DNA from: Clostridia bacterium
Lineage (GTDB): Bacteria > Bacillota > Clostridia > Oscillospirales > CAG-272
Length of the DNA: 64,000 bases
Direction: 5' to 3'
Assembly (NCBI GenBank): GCA_017412045.1
Contig: JAFQOX010000017.1
Location: 6,183 to 70,182 of the forward strand
Shown here: one piece after another, positions 53,175-62,108 of the stretch
Layout of the letters: each line of letters opens with the position of its first letter
Numbering within the stretch: position 1 is the stretch's first letter
Translations under genes and position numbers: made by a program
The notes under the pieces: model-generated
The model's input: the letters and a program-made list of their open reading frames with translations, nothing else
The model's database searches: none
What the model was told of the DNA's origin: nothing

Positions 53175-53221
53175 AAGAGTAAGAATGAAAGGGTTTCCGC
53201 CCTTGATTCTTACTCTTTTTT
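53175..53221 (+). terminator. Bidirectional-looking terminator after the PHP gene
   Basis: AAGAGTAAGAAT...ATTCTTACTCTT flanked by A and T runs. Confidence 0.65.
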
Positions 53222-53347
53222 ATCGCATAGGAAATTGCGCAAATAGAACCTCGCCGTTTATATCGTTTGGATACAGTCTTAACTGCGATAGGCGAGCACA
53301 CAGCTTGCAGAGCAAGCAGTTTTCCAGCGGGCGTTGCCCGCTTTTTT
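53216..53347 (+). repeat. Structured ~125-nt intergenic repeat, copy B
   Basis: TTATCGCATAGGAAATTGCGCAAATAGAACCTCGCCGTTTATATCGTTTGGATACAGTCTTAACTGCGATAGGCGAGCA..., then GCTTGC-aga-GCAAGC, then GCGGGCGTTGCCCGC followed by TTTTTT. Confidence 0.75.
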
Positions 53348-53360
53348 CGTAATGGGAATT

Positions 53361-53936
53361 TTACAGAAGCATTTCCGAAAGATCGATAAATTCAGAAAGC
53401 TTTCCCGTAAATTTGTGATCGGTATCGGGAACGCTGACGATCTTCATGCGCGCGCTTTTCCCTTCCAGAAAAACGGCATAGCGGAATGAAATATCTCTTT
53501 CTCCGAATACGGCGATCACCTCGGTTTCGGGAATGGCGGAAAGGAATTGCTTCGTTTTGTGAAAATTGATGGTCAGAGGCATATTGACGAGAACCATCCG
53601 ACGGAATGGAATTTCAGCCGCCAGCGCAAGTCCCTTCTGACAGCCGTTGGAATTGCCGAAAAGATACAGCTCGGGATTTTCGATGCCGCATTTCCGAAGC
53701 GCTTCCGAAAGAACGGCGCGGTCGTCCTTTACGCCGAACCGATTGTCGTTCGGGTTGGAAACGCTGATCACCGTACAGCCGTGCTTTTCATGCAGATTGC
53801 GGGCGATCCGCAGATATTTATTTTCATATCCCGTATAATTTCCGCCGAGTCCCGCCTTGATGAAAACGACCTTTTCGTTGCCGGGGAGATAGCCGTATTC
53901 CAAATCGCCTGCGACGCGGATAAAATCAACGTTCAT
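53361..53936 (-). CDS. Alpha/beta-hydrolase-fold protein, unknown substrate
   Basis: Nucleophile elbow LFGNSNGC (GxSxG) and C-terminal PDTDHKF. GGAGG RBS lies 8 nt before the ATG at 53936. The track ORF extends to 53951. Confidence 0.6.
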   Translation of the reverse strand: MNVDFIRVAGDLEYGYLPGNEKVVFIKAGLGGNYTGYENKYLRIARNLHEKHGCTVISVSNPNDNRFGVKDDRAVLSEALRKCGIENPELYLFGNSNGCQKGLALAAEIPFRRMVLVNMPLTINFHKTKQFLSAIPETEVIAVFGERDISFRYAVFLEGKSARMKIVSVPDTDHKFTGKLSEFIDLSEMLL

Positions 53937-54643
53937 GTTTCCAGCCTCCATCCGCAGTCTCCGTGATAGATCATCTGTCTCGTCATGCCGCCGTCGACGC
54001 AGATGTTCTCGCCCGTGATGAAGCCCGCCATATCAGAGCAAAGAAAAAGCACCGTGTTGGCAATATCGGGCGGATTTCCCACCCGTCCAACGGGTTGCTG
54101 GACGGCATCCGCGCCATCGTAAACGGTATAGGCGTTGTCGATCCAGCCCGGCGAGACGGAATTGACTCTCGCCTTTCCCGCGAGACTGACGGCGAGCGCG
54201 TGAGTCAGCGCGGAAATTCCGCCTTTTGCCGCCGTATAGCTCTCCGTCTGCGGCTGGCTCATGCGATCGCGCGAGGAAGAGATATTAACGATAGCGGCAT
54301 CCTTTCCGAAATAAGGCGCGAGGAGCTTCGTCAGATAAAACGGTGCAGTCACGCCAACGCGCAGGGCGTTTTCAAAATCCTCGTAGCTTCCGTTTTCAAT
54401 GCCGCGTGAGAGAGGGGCGGCGTTGTGGATCAGATAATCCACTCTGCCGTATTCCGCAATGATCTTCGCGGCAAACGCCTCCAGAACGGCTTTCTCAGCC
54501 AGATCTCCAACGAAATAGTCGTTGGGAAGCAGGTCAATGACGAGCACCGTCGCGCCTGCTTTTTCAAATTCTTCGCGGATGCATTTTCCGATGCCCCGCG
54601 CACCGCCCGTTACGACGGCGATTTTATTTTTAAAATCAAACAT
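53933..54643 (-). CDS. SDR-family oxidoreductase
   Basis: VVTGGARGIGK cofactor motif, NISS, catalytic YTAAKGG. Confidence 0.9.
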   Translation of the reverse strand: MFDFKNKIAVVTGGARGIGKCIREEFEKAGATVLVIDLLPNDYFVGDLAEKAVLEAFAAKIIAEYGRVDYLIHNAAPLSRGIENGSYEDFENALRVGVTAPFYLTKLLAPYFGKDAAIVNISSSRDRMSQPQTESYTAAKGGISALTHALAVSLAGKARVNSVSPGWIDNAYTVYDGADAVQQPVGRVGNPPDIANTVLFLCSDMAGFITGENICVDGGMTRQMIYHGDCGWRLET

Positions 54644-57035
54644 TGTAATCTCCTGTCCGCAGAACGATAGTTCCGTCTACCGTGAATTTGACGAAGCGCA
54701 TACTGTCCGTGAGGGTGTAGGCGGGCGCGTCGGGATTATCGGTATAGCCGCCCCTGCCGAAAAAGGTGTCGGGCGAGGTCAGGCGGAAGTCGCCGAGATA
54801 GTAGCGATGCGGTCCGTAAGCGTTATAGGTGCTCGGCGCGGCTTCGACCGTGAGCAAATGCTCGCCAGCCGTCAGCGTGACGGCAAGCGTCCGATGCTTC
54901 CACCACCAGCCGATCGGCTTACCGTCCAGAATCACGCGCGCGGCTGTGACGGACAGCCCTTCAAAATCCAGCTCGCCGACGAAAGCATCCTTCAATACGA
55001 AATATTTTTGCGCCGTCAGAAGCCCCTCAAAGAACGGCAAGCCCTGCGAAACGAGTTCTCCCGCGCGAAGCTGCTTTCGTTCTCCCGAGCCGTCGAGGAT
55101 AAAGCGACCCTTACAGATCAGCTGATTCTCGTCAAACGCGCGCCATCCGTCCTCGGACAAAACGGAGAACGTACCCTTCAGCCATGCAAATGGGAGCGCT
55201 TCGGCGGGCGCGGGCATAACATCCAGAGTCAACTTTTCAGGCAAGCCAAAGAGCGAGAACCGCGTTTCCGATTCGCGCACCGTCCGCGCGGCGTTCGTCC
55301 GCAGATCCGCGATCGGGTCGGAAAAGGCGAGTGTGACGGAGGCGCCCATCCGTTTCATATCGACGGAAGCGCAGAGCTTGCCGTCGGGCATCGCGCGCCA
55401 TTCGATCAAAAATTGATTTTGCATCGGGAAGTTTGGCATCCAAGCACTCTGCTCGGGCAGTATGTGCGGTCTCGTCGGCTTTTCGGCTGCTTCTTCCGCC
55501 TTTTTGGGCGAGGGGAGCAACATCCCCTGCGCGCGCATTTCGTCGATCAGAGCTTGCTCCTCGTGCTCAAAACGGCAGCCTTCGGGGATCAGCACCTTTT
55601 CGTACGCCATCGCGCCCAGATGAAGCCTTCCGTCCCGCAGATACGCGCCCTTCAGCTCGCGCTCCTCCGTAAAATGATACCGCAGTCCCTGCGCGTAGCA
55701 GCTTTCCACCGTTTCCAGAAAATCGGCGTTGATGTTTGCGGACTTGCCTTCCGGGATACCGCTTCCGTCGTGCAGATTGACCGCGGATGCACCGTGCGGA
55801 CGGTAAGAAGCCATGATGCCTCGCGTCGGCGTGACGATGAGAAGCTTCGGCGCCTCCCAAGCGGCTTGCAGAATGGGCGAGGTCGTTTCTCGGATATCCG
55901 AGAGCAGATCTGCAAAAGCCCCGCTCCAGCTCAGATGCAACGGTACGGACGGCGGCCAGTCGCGAATGGCTCTCGCTTTCAAACGGAACTGACTCAAGTG
56001 CAGAACCACACGCTCCACACCCGCTTCCGCCAGCCAGATCATATATCGCTTGACGTCGTCGGGCGCAACGCCCCATCCCGCGCCTCCCATCGCCTCCGCC
56101 AGACAGCCGCTTCTGCCGTTCTGCGCCGCGACGGAGGAAAGCAGATAGGGGAAGAAATGATTGCCGTGATTACGCTCCAGCGTGTCGATGGCAGGCAGAG
56201 AGAGCCATTTCAGCTGAGTGAAGCAGGATCCGCTGAACATCAACTGAAAGTACGGACTTTCCTCTCCCTTGAGATGCCCCGTGAAAAGCTTTCCGTGTCT
56301 TTCGCACCAATCGAGATACGGTCGGTAAAAATTCCGCGCGATCAGATCGCCCGCCGTTTCCCAGAAACGGATTTTGTATTCTTCATGCTCCTCCGCGCGG
56401 TCAAAGAGCTTCCAAAGCCCGTCGCAGGGAGAAACGCCGTATTTTTCGATGTAAAATTCTTCAAATTCCTCGCACCACGGCACTGCGCCCTCGGAGAGCA
56501 GATGACCCGGAAAGTAGTCTACTTCGTCGCAGAAAAAGCCCGTTACGTAGTCGAACGCCTCCTTGGGAAGCTCTTTTGCGTACCGCTCATGCGTGAGTAA
56601 GAGAAAAGTGTCCGTCGTTGCGCGGCAGAGCGGACTGATTCCCGTTTCTCCGCGCGCGACGATCGCTTCTTCACCGTGAAGGCATAAAAGGCGGTCGTCC
56701 TTTTGCACGTCTTTTTCTTTGACGCAGGCAAGCCCCCAACGCTTGGAATCCGGATGGATCTTCAGGACCTGCCCGTCAGCGGAGCCCGAAGGCCAGCCGT
56801 TCTCGTCGTAGAGCCAGAATTCCATGCCGATCGACTTGGCGTGGAAAATGACCTCTGCCGTCACGCGGATAAATTCCTCCGTCATATATCCGGGATCGCC
56901 GGGATAAAAGCGCGGATGATAAACGACGCCCTCGATCCCGTGCGCGCGCATTTGGTCCATCTGATGGCATAGCGGCTCCGCGCGTACGCCGTCGTTGATC
57001 GACCAGAAGCTCAGAAATTTCATTTTTCGTTCCAT
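54636..57035 (-). CDS. Putative glycoside hydrolase, family not recognised (~800 aa)
   Basis: N-terminal FWSINDGV...MRAHGIEGVVYHPRFYPG...EFWLYDENGWPSGSADG resembles uncharacterised TIM-barrel glycosidases, and the C-terminal half is beta-rich. RBS AGAAAGGAA precedes the ATG at 57035. The track ORF extends to 57188. Confidence 0.5.
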   Translation of the reverse strand: MERKMKFLSFWSINDGVRAEPLCHQMDQMRAHGIEGVVYHPRFYPGDPGYMTEEFIRVTAEVIFHAKSIGMEFWLYDENGWPSGSADGQVLKIHPDSKRWGLACVKEKDVQKDDRLLCLHGEEAIVARGETGISPLCRATTDTFLLLTHERYAKELPKEAFDYVTGFFCDEVDYFPGHLLSEGAVPWCEEFEEFYIEKYGVSPCDGLWKLFDRAEEHEEYKIRFWETAGDLIARNFYRPYLDWCERHGKLFTGHLKGEESPYFQLMFSGSCFTQLKWLSLPAIDTLERNHGNHFFPYLLSSVAAQNGRSGCLAEAMGGAGWGVAPDDVKRYMIWLAEAGVERVVLHLSQFRLKARAIRDWPPSVPLHLSWSGAFADLLSDIRETTSPILQAAWEAPKLLIVTPTRGIMASYRPHGASAVNLHDGSGIPEGKSANINADFLETVESCYAQGLRYHFTEERELKGAYLRDGRLHLGAMAYEKVLIPEGCRFEHEEQALIDEMRAQGMLLPSPKKAEEAAEKPTRPHILPEQSAWMPNFPMQNQFLIEWRAMPDGKLCASVDMKRMGASVTLAFSDPIADLRTNAARTVRESETRFSLFGLPEKLTLDVMPAPAEALPFAWLKGTFSVLSEDGWRAFDENQLICKGRFILDGSGERKQLRAGELVSQGLPFFEGLLTAQKYFVLKDAFVGELDFEGLSVTAARVILDGKPIGWWWKHRTLAVTLTAGEHLLTVEAAPSTYNAYGPHRYYLGDFRLTSPDTFFGRGGYTDNPDAPAYTLTDSMRFVKFTVDGTIVLRTGDYNV

Positions 57036-57232
57036 CTGTGAAGATTCCTTTCTCATTTTTTCGTATCGAAAGATCGTTTCCTTGAAAACTTCTGCTTGTA
57101 TTATATCACAATCCGTTTTATTTGTAAAGATAAACGGAAATTTACGCAACAGACAGAGCTTTTTTATTTTAATATGATTTTTTATCAAATATGAAAAAGA
57201 TAAGATTTTTCATATTCAGAAAATCTTAAAGC

Positions 57233-57303
57233 AAAAAGTAAATGCTGTTGCCCCGGACGAAAAAATTGCTTTGCTTGACAAAAGGCGGATTTTGTGTTAT
57301 ATT
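57233..57303 (+). promoter_or_regulatory. 15-mer AAAAAGTAAATGCTG followed by the promoter TTGACA-17-TATATT of the LRR surface protein gene
   Basis: Motif 57233-57247, -35 at 57275, -10 at 57298. Confidence 0.6.
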
Positions 57304-57326
57304 AAAATCAGTTTTTTATCGGTTGC

Positions 57327-59222
57327 GTGGAGGATAGAATGAATTCAAATATATACAGTCACAAACGGAAAAAGCTTTTTCTGATCGGGGGAATCTCTTT
57401 GGCGGCGCTGATCGTCATATTGGCGCTTGCTTTTTTTCTGATGGGTAAATGCAGGCACAAGGAAGCGGTCGTTGAGGCAGTTGCGCCCACCTGCACGCAG
57501 GAGGGCAGAACGGAGTGGAAATATTGCGCGCTCTGCGAGGAGATTCTCGTTCCTGCCGAAATCATTCCCGCGCTTGGTCATACACCCAACGGAGAGATCA
57601 CCTGCGCAGGACCGCAAACGTGCGCCATTTGTCATACGGAGCTTGCGCCCGCGCTCAGCCATACGCCGGGACCGCCTGCCGACTGTAAGTCGGGACAGTT
57701 TTGTCTGGTCTGCAAGGAGGAGCTTGCGCCCGTGAGCCACGTTCCCGGATCTCCTGCCACCTGTACGGAGGCGCAAACCTGCGCTTTGTGCGGCTTTATT
57801 CTGAATCCTGCGGGACATCGGGCAGAGCCTGCCACCTGTACGGCCGGAAGCTACTGTACCTTGTGCTACGAGGAGCTTTCCGAGCCGTTGGGACATGAGC
57901 CCGGCGATCCGCCCACCTGTACGAAGGGGCAGTCCTGCAACCGTTGCGGACTGGAGCTGGCACCCGATAACGGACATACGCCGGACGGTGACGTCAGCTG
58001 TACGAAGGATTCCGTTTGTCTGACGTGCGAGGAGGTGCTGGAAAAGGCAACGGGGCATAAGATGAGCGCGTTTATCTCCTGCACGGAGGCGCAATACTGC
58101 CTGACTTGCTACGAAACCTTGGTTTTTGCGACGGAGCACACGCCCGGACCGCCCGCTACCTGCACGGAGGGGCAGGGGTGTCTTGCTTGCAATACGGAAT
58201 TGGAGAAGCCTCTCGGACACAGCATTCAGAAATGGACGGTCGAAAAAGAACCCTCTCTCGGCGTGGCGGGAAGCCGATACGGTGTTTGCTCCCGCTGTGA
58301 AGAAACCGTGCGCGAGGAGATCGAGGCGCTGTATTCCGAAGGGCTGGATTACTTGCTGAAGGATGACGGTACGTATGCCGTCGTCGGCGCGGGCGCTTGT
58401 ATGGACGAGTGGATCGTTCTGCCTGCCGTTTACGAAGAAATTCCCGTCACCTCAATCGCAGACAACGCCTTCTATAATTGCCCGACACTGAGAAAGCTAT
58501 CCGTTCCCGTCGGTGTGACGGATATTGGCAACCGTGCTTTTTATCTTTGTCAAAATCTGGAGACCGTTTCTTTGCCGACAGGCTTGAGAAGGATCGGAGA
58601 GTCCGCTTTTTACGGCTGCGCCGAGCTGAAGTCCGTGGACGTACCGCTTGGCGTGACAGCGATCGGAAATCAAGCGTTTTCGGGCTGCGGAAAGCTGGAG
58701 AGCGTTTCGCTTCCGTACGGACTCGTGAGTATGGGAAACGCGGTTTTTGCAAACTGTGTCAGTCTGACGGGCATTGACATTCCGCAGGGTGTGACCGTGA
58801 TTGGCGAACGGACTTTCTACTATTGCGTGAAGCTGAGCAAAGCCGTTCTGCCCGACAGCGTGAAGGAGATCGGCGCGCAGGCATTTTATTTTTGTAACGA
58901 TTTGCAAGCAATCACCCTTCCCGTCGCGTTGCAGACCGTCGGAGCATTCGCTTTTTACCGTTGCACCGCTCTGACGGCGCTCGCGCTTCCCGAAGCCGTA
59001 ACGGAGGTCGGCGATTGCGCATTTGCGCTTTGCATCGGTCTTGAAAGCGTTTCTCTTCCCGAAACGCTCGTCGGGATCGGCGAGCGGGCGTTTGCAGACT
59101 GTCGGAGTCTGAAGGAGATTTCCTTCGGCGGTACCGAAGCGCAATGGGAAGAGGTTCTGCTCGGCGAGGAATGGCGCGTGGGCGTTCCCGCGGAAAGGAT
59201 TGTTTGTTCCGATAAAGAATAA
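57327..59222 (+). CDS. Membrane-anchored surface protein: about nine Cys-rich ~33-aa repeats followed by BspA-type leucine-rich repeats
   Basis: TM LFLIGGISLAALIVILALAFFLM. Repeats have the form C-T-x2-Q-x-C-x2-C-x3-L-x-P-x2-GH-x-PG-x-P (e.g. ATCTEAQTCALCGFILNPAGH). The LRR part reads IGNRAFYLCQNLETVSLPTGLRRIGESAFYGCAELKSVDVP... The start may be ATG 57339. Confidence 0.75.
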   Translation: MEDRMNSNIYSHKRKKLFLIGGISLAALIVILALAFFLMGKCRHKEAVVEAVAPTCTQEGRTEWKYCALCEEILVPAEIIPALGHTPNGEITCAGPQTCAICHTELAPALSHTPGPPADCKSGQFCLVCKEELAPVSHVPGSPATCTEAQTCALCGFILNPAGHRAEPATCTAGSYCTLCYEELSEPLGHEPGDPPTCTKGQSCNRCGLELAPDNGHTPDGDVSCTKDSVCLTCEEVLEKATGHKMSAFISCTEAQYCLTCYETLVFATEHTPGPPATCTEGQGCLACNTELEKPLGHSIQKWTVEKEPSLGVAGSRYGVCSRCEETVREEIEALYSEGLDYLLKDDGTYAVVGAGACMDEWIVLPAVYEEIPVTSIADNAFYNCPTLRKLSVPVGVTDIGNRAFYLCQNLETVSLPTGLRRIGESAFYGCAELKSVDVPLGVTAIGNQAFSGCGKLESVSLPYGLVSMGNAVFANCVSLTGIDIPQGVTVIGERTFYYCVKLSKAVLPDSVKEIGAQAFYFCNDLQAITLPVALQTVGAFAFYRCTALTALALPEAVTEVGDCAFALCIGLESVSLPETLVGIGERAFADCRSLKEISFGGTEAQWEEVLLGEEWRVGVPAERIVCSDKE

Positions 59223-59254
59223 CATAAGACAGACATGAAAAAGAAAGGAGATGG

Positions 59255-60061
59255 ATGGAAACGATGAAGCATTACGTTGTTGCCGATCCGCACGGATATT
59301 ATACGCATTTGGAAAGAGCGCTCCGCGAAGCCGGTTTTTTCGATGAGACCGAGCCGTGTAAGGTGGTGGTTTGCGGCGATCTTGCGGACAGAGGAAAAGA
59401 AGCCAATGCAATGATTGATTTTATGCTTCGGCTGAAGGAGGAGGGGAAGCTCGTCTATATTCTCGGCAATCACGAGGATCTGCTCGTACAATGCCTGCAT
59501 AAGATCGCGGGCGGCGGCGTCCACGAGGTTGCCAGCGGGATGTCCCACCATTACCATAACGGGACTTGGGATACGCTTTTGCAAATCAGCGGTATGGATG
59601 AATTGAGCGCCTATAATAATCCGTACGCAATGGTCAAGGAGGTGCTGTATTCTCCGTTTTACAGAGAACTGCTCCCCTTCGGCGTGGATTACTACGAAAC
59701 GAAGCGTTATATTTTTACACACGGCTGGATCCCTTGCTTCGTCAGAGGGAACCGTCCGTATCTGCAATACGAATACAATCCCGATTGGCGTTCGGAGGAG
59801 ACCGTCATATGGCAGCGCGCCCGTTGGTTCAACGGTATGGAGCTTGCCTGCAAGCACGGTATCACCGTGCCCGAAAAAACGGTCGTTTGCGGACATTGGC
59901 ACACCTCCTACGGTCACGCGCTGATCGAAAATAAGGGAACGGAATTCGGAAGCGACGCGGATTTTTCCCCTTTTTATGCGGAGGGGATCATCGCGCTCGA
60001 TGCCTGTACGGCGCGCAGCAGAAAGGTCAACTGCATCGTGATCGAGGACGATCCGATCTGA
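59255..60061 (+). CDS. Metallophosphoesterase (PPP/ApaH-like Ser/Thr phosphatase family)
   Basis: VVADPHGYY, VVCGDLADRG, LGNHED, VCGHWHT motifs. Confidence 0.85.
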   Translation: METMKHYVVADPHGYYTHLERALREAGFFDETEPCKVVVCGDLADRGKEANAMIDFMLRLKEEGKLVYILGNHEDLLVQCLHKIAGGGVHEVASGMSHHYHNGTWDTLLQISGMDELSAYNNPYAMVKEVLYSPFYRELLPFGVDYYETKRYIFTHGWIPCFVRGNRPYLQYEYNPDWRSEETVIWQRARWFNGMELACKHGITVPEKTVVCGHWHTSYGHALIENKGTEFGSDADFSPFYAEGIIALDACTARSRKVNCIVIEDDPI

Positions 60062-60066
60062 AAAAT

Positions 60067-60101
60067 AACCGCCCCTGTCAGACGTGACAGGGGCGGTTTC
60101 T
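60067..60101 (+). terminator. Rho-independent terminator
   Basis: AACCGCCCCTGTCA-gacg-TGACAGGGGCGGTT followed by TCTT. Confidence 0.75.
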
Positions 60102-60207
60102 TATCGCATAGGAAATTGCGCAAATAGAACCTCGCCGTTTATATCGTTTGGATACAGTCTTAACTGCGATAGGCGAGCAACCTCCGGCGGGCGTTGCCCG
60201 CTTTCTT
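60100..60207 (+). repeat. Structured intergenic repeat, copy C (short form)
   Basis: The first ~79 nt are identical to copy B by eye. It lacks the internal GCTTGC-aga-GCAAGC hairpin and ends with the same GCGGGCGTTGCCCGC hairpin. Confidence 0.75.
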
Positions 60208-60209
60208 GA

Positions 60210-61394
60210 TCATACGTTTTTGGGTTTATCCTTTAAAAAGAAAAGACAGCAAAGCAAAATGACGGGGAAAATGACGGCACAAAGAATACCGTGCCGGAGG
60301 TTTCCGCCGAAAAGAGCTGCCATCCATCCTGCGACGGTCGGGCCGGAGGAGCATCCGAGGTCACCCGAAAGCGCAAGGAGCGCGAACATCGTCGTTCCGC
60401 CGAATTTGACGCTCTCCGTAGCAAGGGAGAACGTACCGGGCCAGAAAATACCGACGGAGAAGCCGCAGAGGATGCAGCCGATCAACGCCAATACGGGATA
60501 GGGAGAAAGACCAATGATCAGATAACTGACGATGCAGAGCACGGAGCAAGCCATCGTCGCGTATTTCATGGGGATCTTTTCGCTGAATCTGGCGTAAAGC
60601 ACGCGGGCGATGCCCATCGTGACGGCGAATCCGCAAGCGCCGAGAAGGTCGCCCGTCGTTTTGTCTACGGCAAGCGCGCTTTCCGCGAAGGAGGAAGCCC
60701 ACTGCGCGACGGCAAGCTCGGAAGCGCCCGAGCAGACCATCATGATCAGCATGAGCCAGAATATTTTCTGCGAGAACAGCTTTTTATAGTTGGGCGCATC
60801 GTTTTCTTCCTCCCCGATCGGATAGAGTGGGACGACGGAGAAGAAAAAGACGTTTAAAAAGGGAACGAGCGCAAACAGACAGGCGAGCAAACGCCAACGC
60901 TCGATTCCGACGAAAACGAAAAACGCCGTGCTGAGCAGAATGGTAGCCACGACGCCCCAGCAATAAAAGGAGTGCAGAAGGCTCATGATGCCCGCCTTAT
61001 TTTTGGAGGGACAGGACTCGACGATCGGGCTGACGAGAACCTCCAGCAGTCCGCCGCCGACCGCGTAGATCATCGTGGAGATCAAAAGTCCCGCGAAGCT
61101 GTTGATCACGTCGGGCAGAACCGCCATGCAGACCAGACCGAGCGCGCAACAGATATGCGCGAGCAGGATCGCCCTCCGATAGCCGATCTTCTGAACGTAT
61201 TCGGAAGCCAGCAGATCCGTCAGCAGCTGCGTAACGAAATTGATCGTAATGAGCAGTGTGATCTGCTCCAGGGGGATCTCGTACGTTTCACTGAACGTCA
61301 AGAAGAGGAGCGGAGCAAAATTGACGATGATCGCTTGCGAGATATAGCCGATGAAGCAAGCGAAAATCGTATGTTTATGGGTAAGCTTTTTCAT
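60210..61394 (-). CDS. MFS transporter
   Basis: About 12 hydrophobic spans. MKKLTHKHTIFACFIGYISQAIIVNFAPLLFLTF N-terminus. The track ORF extends to 61460. Confidence 0.8.
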   Translation of the reverse strand: MKKLTHKHTIFACFIGYISQAIIVNFAPLLFLTFSETYEIPLEQITLLITINFVTQLLTDLLASEYVQKIGYRRAILLAHICCALGLVCMAVLPDVINSFAGLLISTMIYAVGGGLLEVLVSPIVESCPSKNKAGIMSLLHSFYCWGVVATILLSTAFFVFVGIERWRLLACLFALVPFLNVFFFSVVPLYPIGEEENDAPNYKKLFSQKIFWLMLIMMVCSGASELAVAQWASSFAESALAVDKTTGDLLGACGFAVTMGIARVLYARFSEKIPMKYATMACSVLCIVSYLIIGLSPYPVLALIGCILCGFSVGIFWPGTFSLATESVKFGGTTMFALLALSGDLGCSSGPTVAGWMAALFGGNLRHGILCAVIFPVILLCCLFFLKDKPKNV

Positions 61395-61427
61395 TAAAAT
61401 ATACGACCTTTCTGAAGCGTTTTGTAT

Positions 61428-61497
61428 TTTATACCATAAACGAGAGAAAAAGTCAAGCATTTAACTGAGAATTCTTTGGCAATCGCATTTACTGTTT
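61428..61497 (-). promoter_or_regulatory. Promoter of the MFS gene (CTTGAC-18-TATAAA) preceded by a degenerate copy of the GTAAATGC motif
   Basis: The minus strand reads AAACAGTAAATGCGATTGCC, then ~25 nt, then CTTGACT. Compare AAAAAGTAAATGCTGTTGCC at 57233. Confidence 0.45.
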
Positions 61498-61509
61498 CAG
61501 AAATTTATT

Positions 61510-62004
61510 TTACAGCTCCCGCAGAGCCCTCTCTCTGTATTTTTCAATACGCGAAAGGAATTCGTATTCTGTCAGCACGGTTTTTCGCGTATCGTGCTTT
61601 CCGACGCCGTGCGTGAGCGTTCTGCCCTTTGCGCGGATCAGAGCCTTGACGAAATCTCCGTTGGTATACAGCGCGTCGTAAGCACGGTCCAGGAAATGCT
61701 GATACTCGTCGCTTCCGCGGCGCATCGCCTTGCCCTGCCAATAGAGAATGCCCGTCAGCTTCCATCTTACGTTCTGCCATTTTTTCTCAAACGAACGCTT
61801 CGCAGCCATACCGGATCGCAGGCAGATTTCCTTCTGCAATTTGATATTTTTCGTTTTCAGTGATTGGAGCAAGCCCTCCATCGAAGCGCAGGGAACGCCG
61901 TCCAGAACGAAAGCGTAATTTTTAAAATTGGAGAGCATCTGCCGCTCCTCTTTATCTTCGCCCTCGGCGGTTCCCTTGATATCAAGAACCTTTTGATTCT
62001 CCAT
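61510..62004 (-). CDS. Hypothetical protein with a NADAR (YbiA/DUF1768)-like N-terminal motif
   Basis: LSNFKNYAFVLDGVPCASMEGLLQSLK...SGMAAKR resembles the NADAR block SNF...DG....sEh..Qa.K. The C-terminal half diverges. GGAGGTG RBS precedes the ATG at 62004. Confidence 0.35.
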   Translation of the reverse strand: MENQKVLDIKGTAEGEDKEERQMLSNFKNYAFVLDGVPCASMEGLLQSLKTKNIKLQKEICLRSGMAAKRSFEKKWQNVRWKLTGILYWQGKAMRRGSDEYQHFLDRAYDALYTNGDFVKALIRAKGRTLTHGVGKHDTRKTVLTEYEFLSRIEKYRERALREL

Positions 62005-62108
62005 CTTTTCACACCTCCAAAAATACGGATATTGAAAACAGAAATCTTTCCCCTCGTAAGGAAGGGAAAGATTTTCGCATAGCATAATAAAATTGTTGAT
62101 CGCCGCGC

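Noticed and set aside
52090-53360. A possible integrated mobile element at the tRNA cluster (integrase, attL/attR).
   Set aside because: No integrase or transposase ORF is present and there is no direct repeat of a tRNA 3-prime end. Only the inverted non-coding repeats are present, and these are reported separately.
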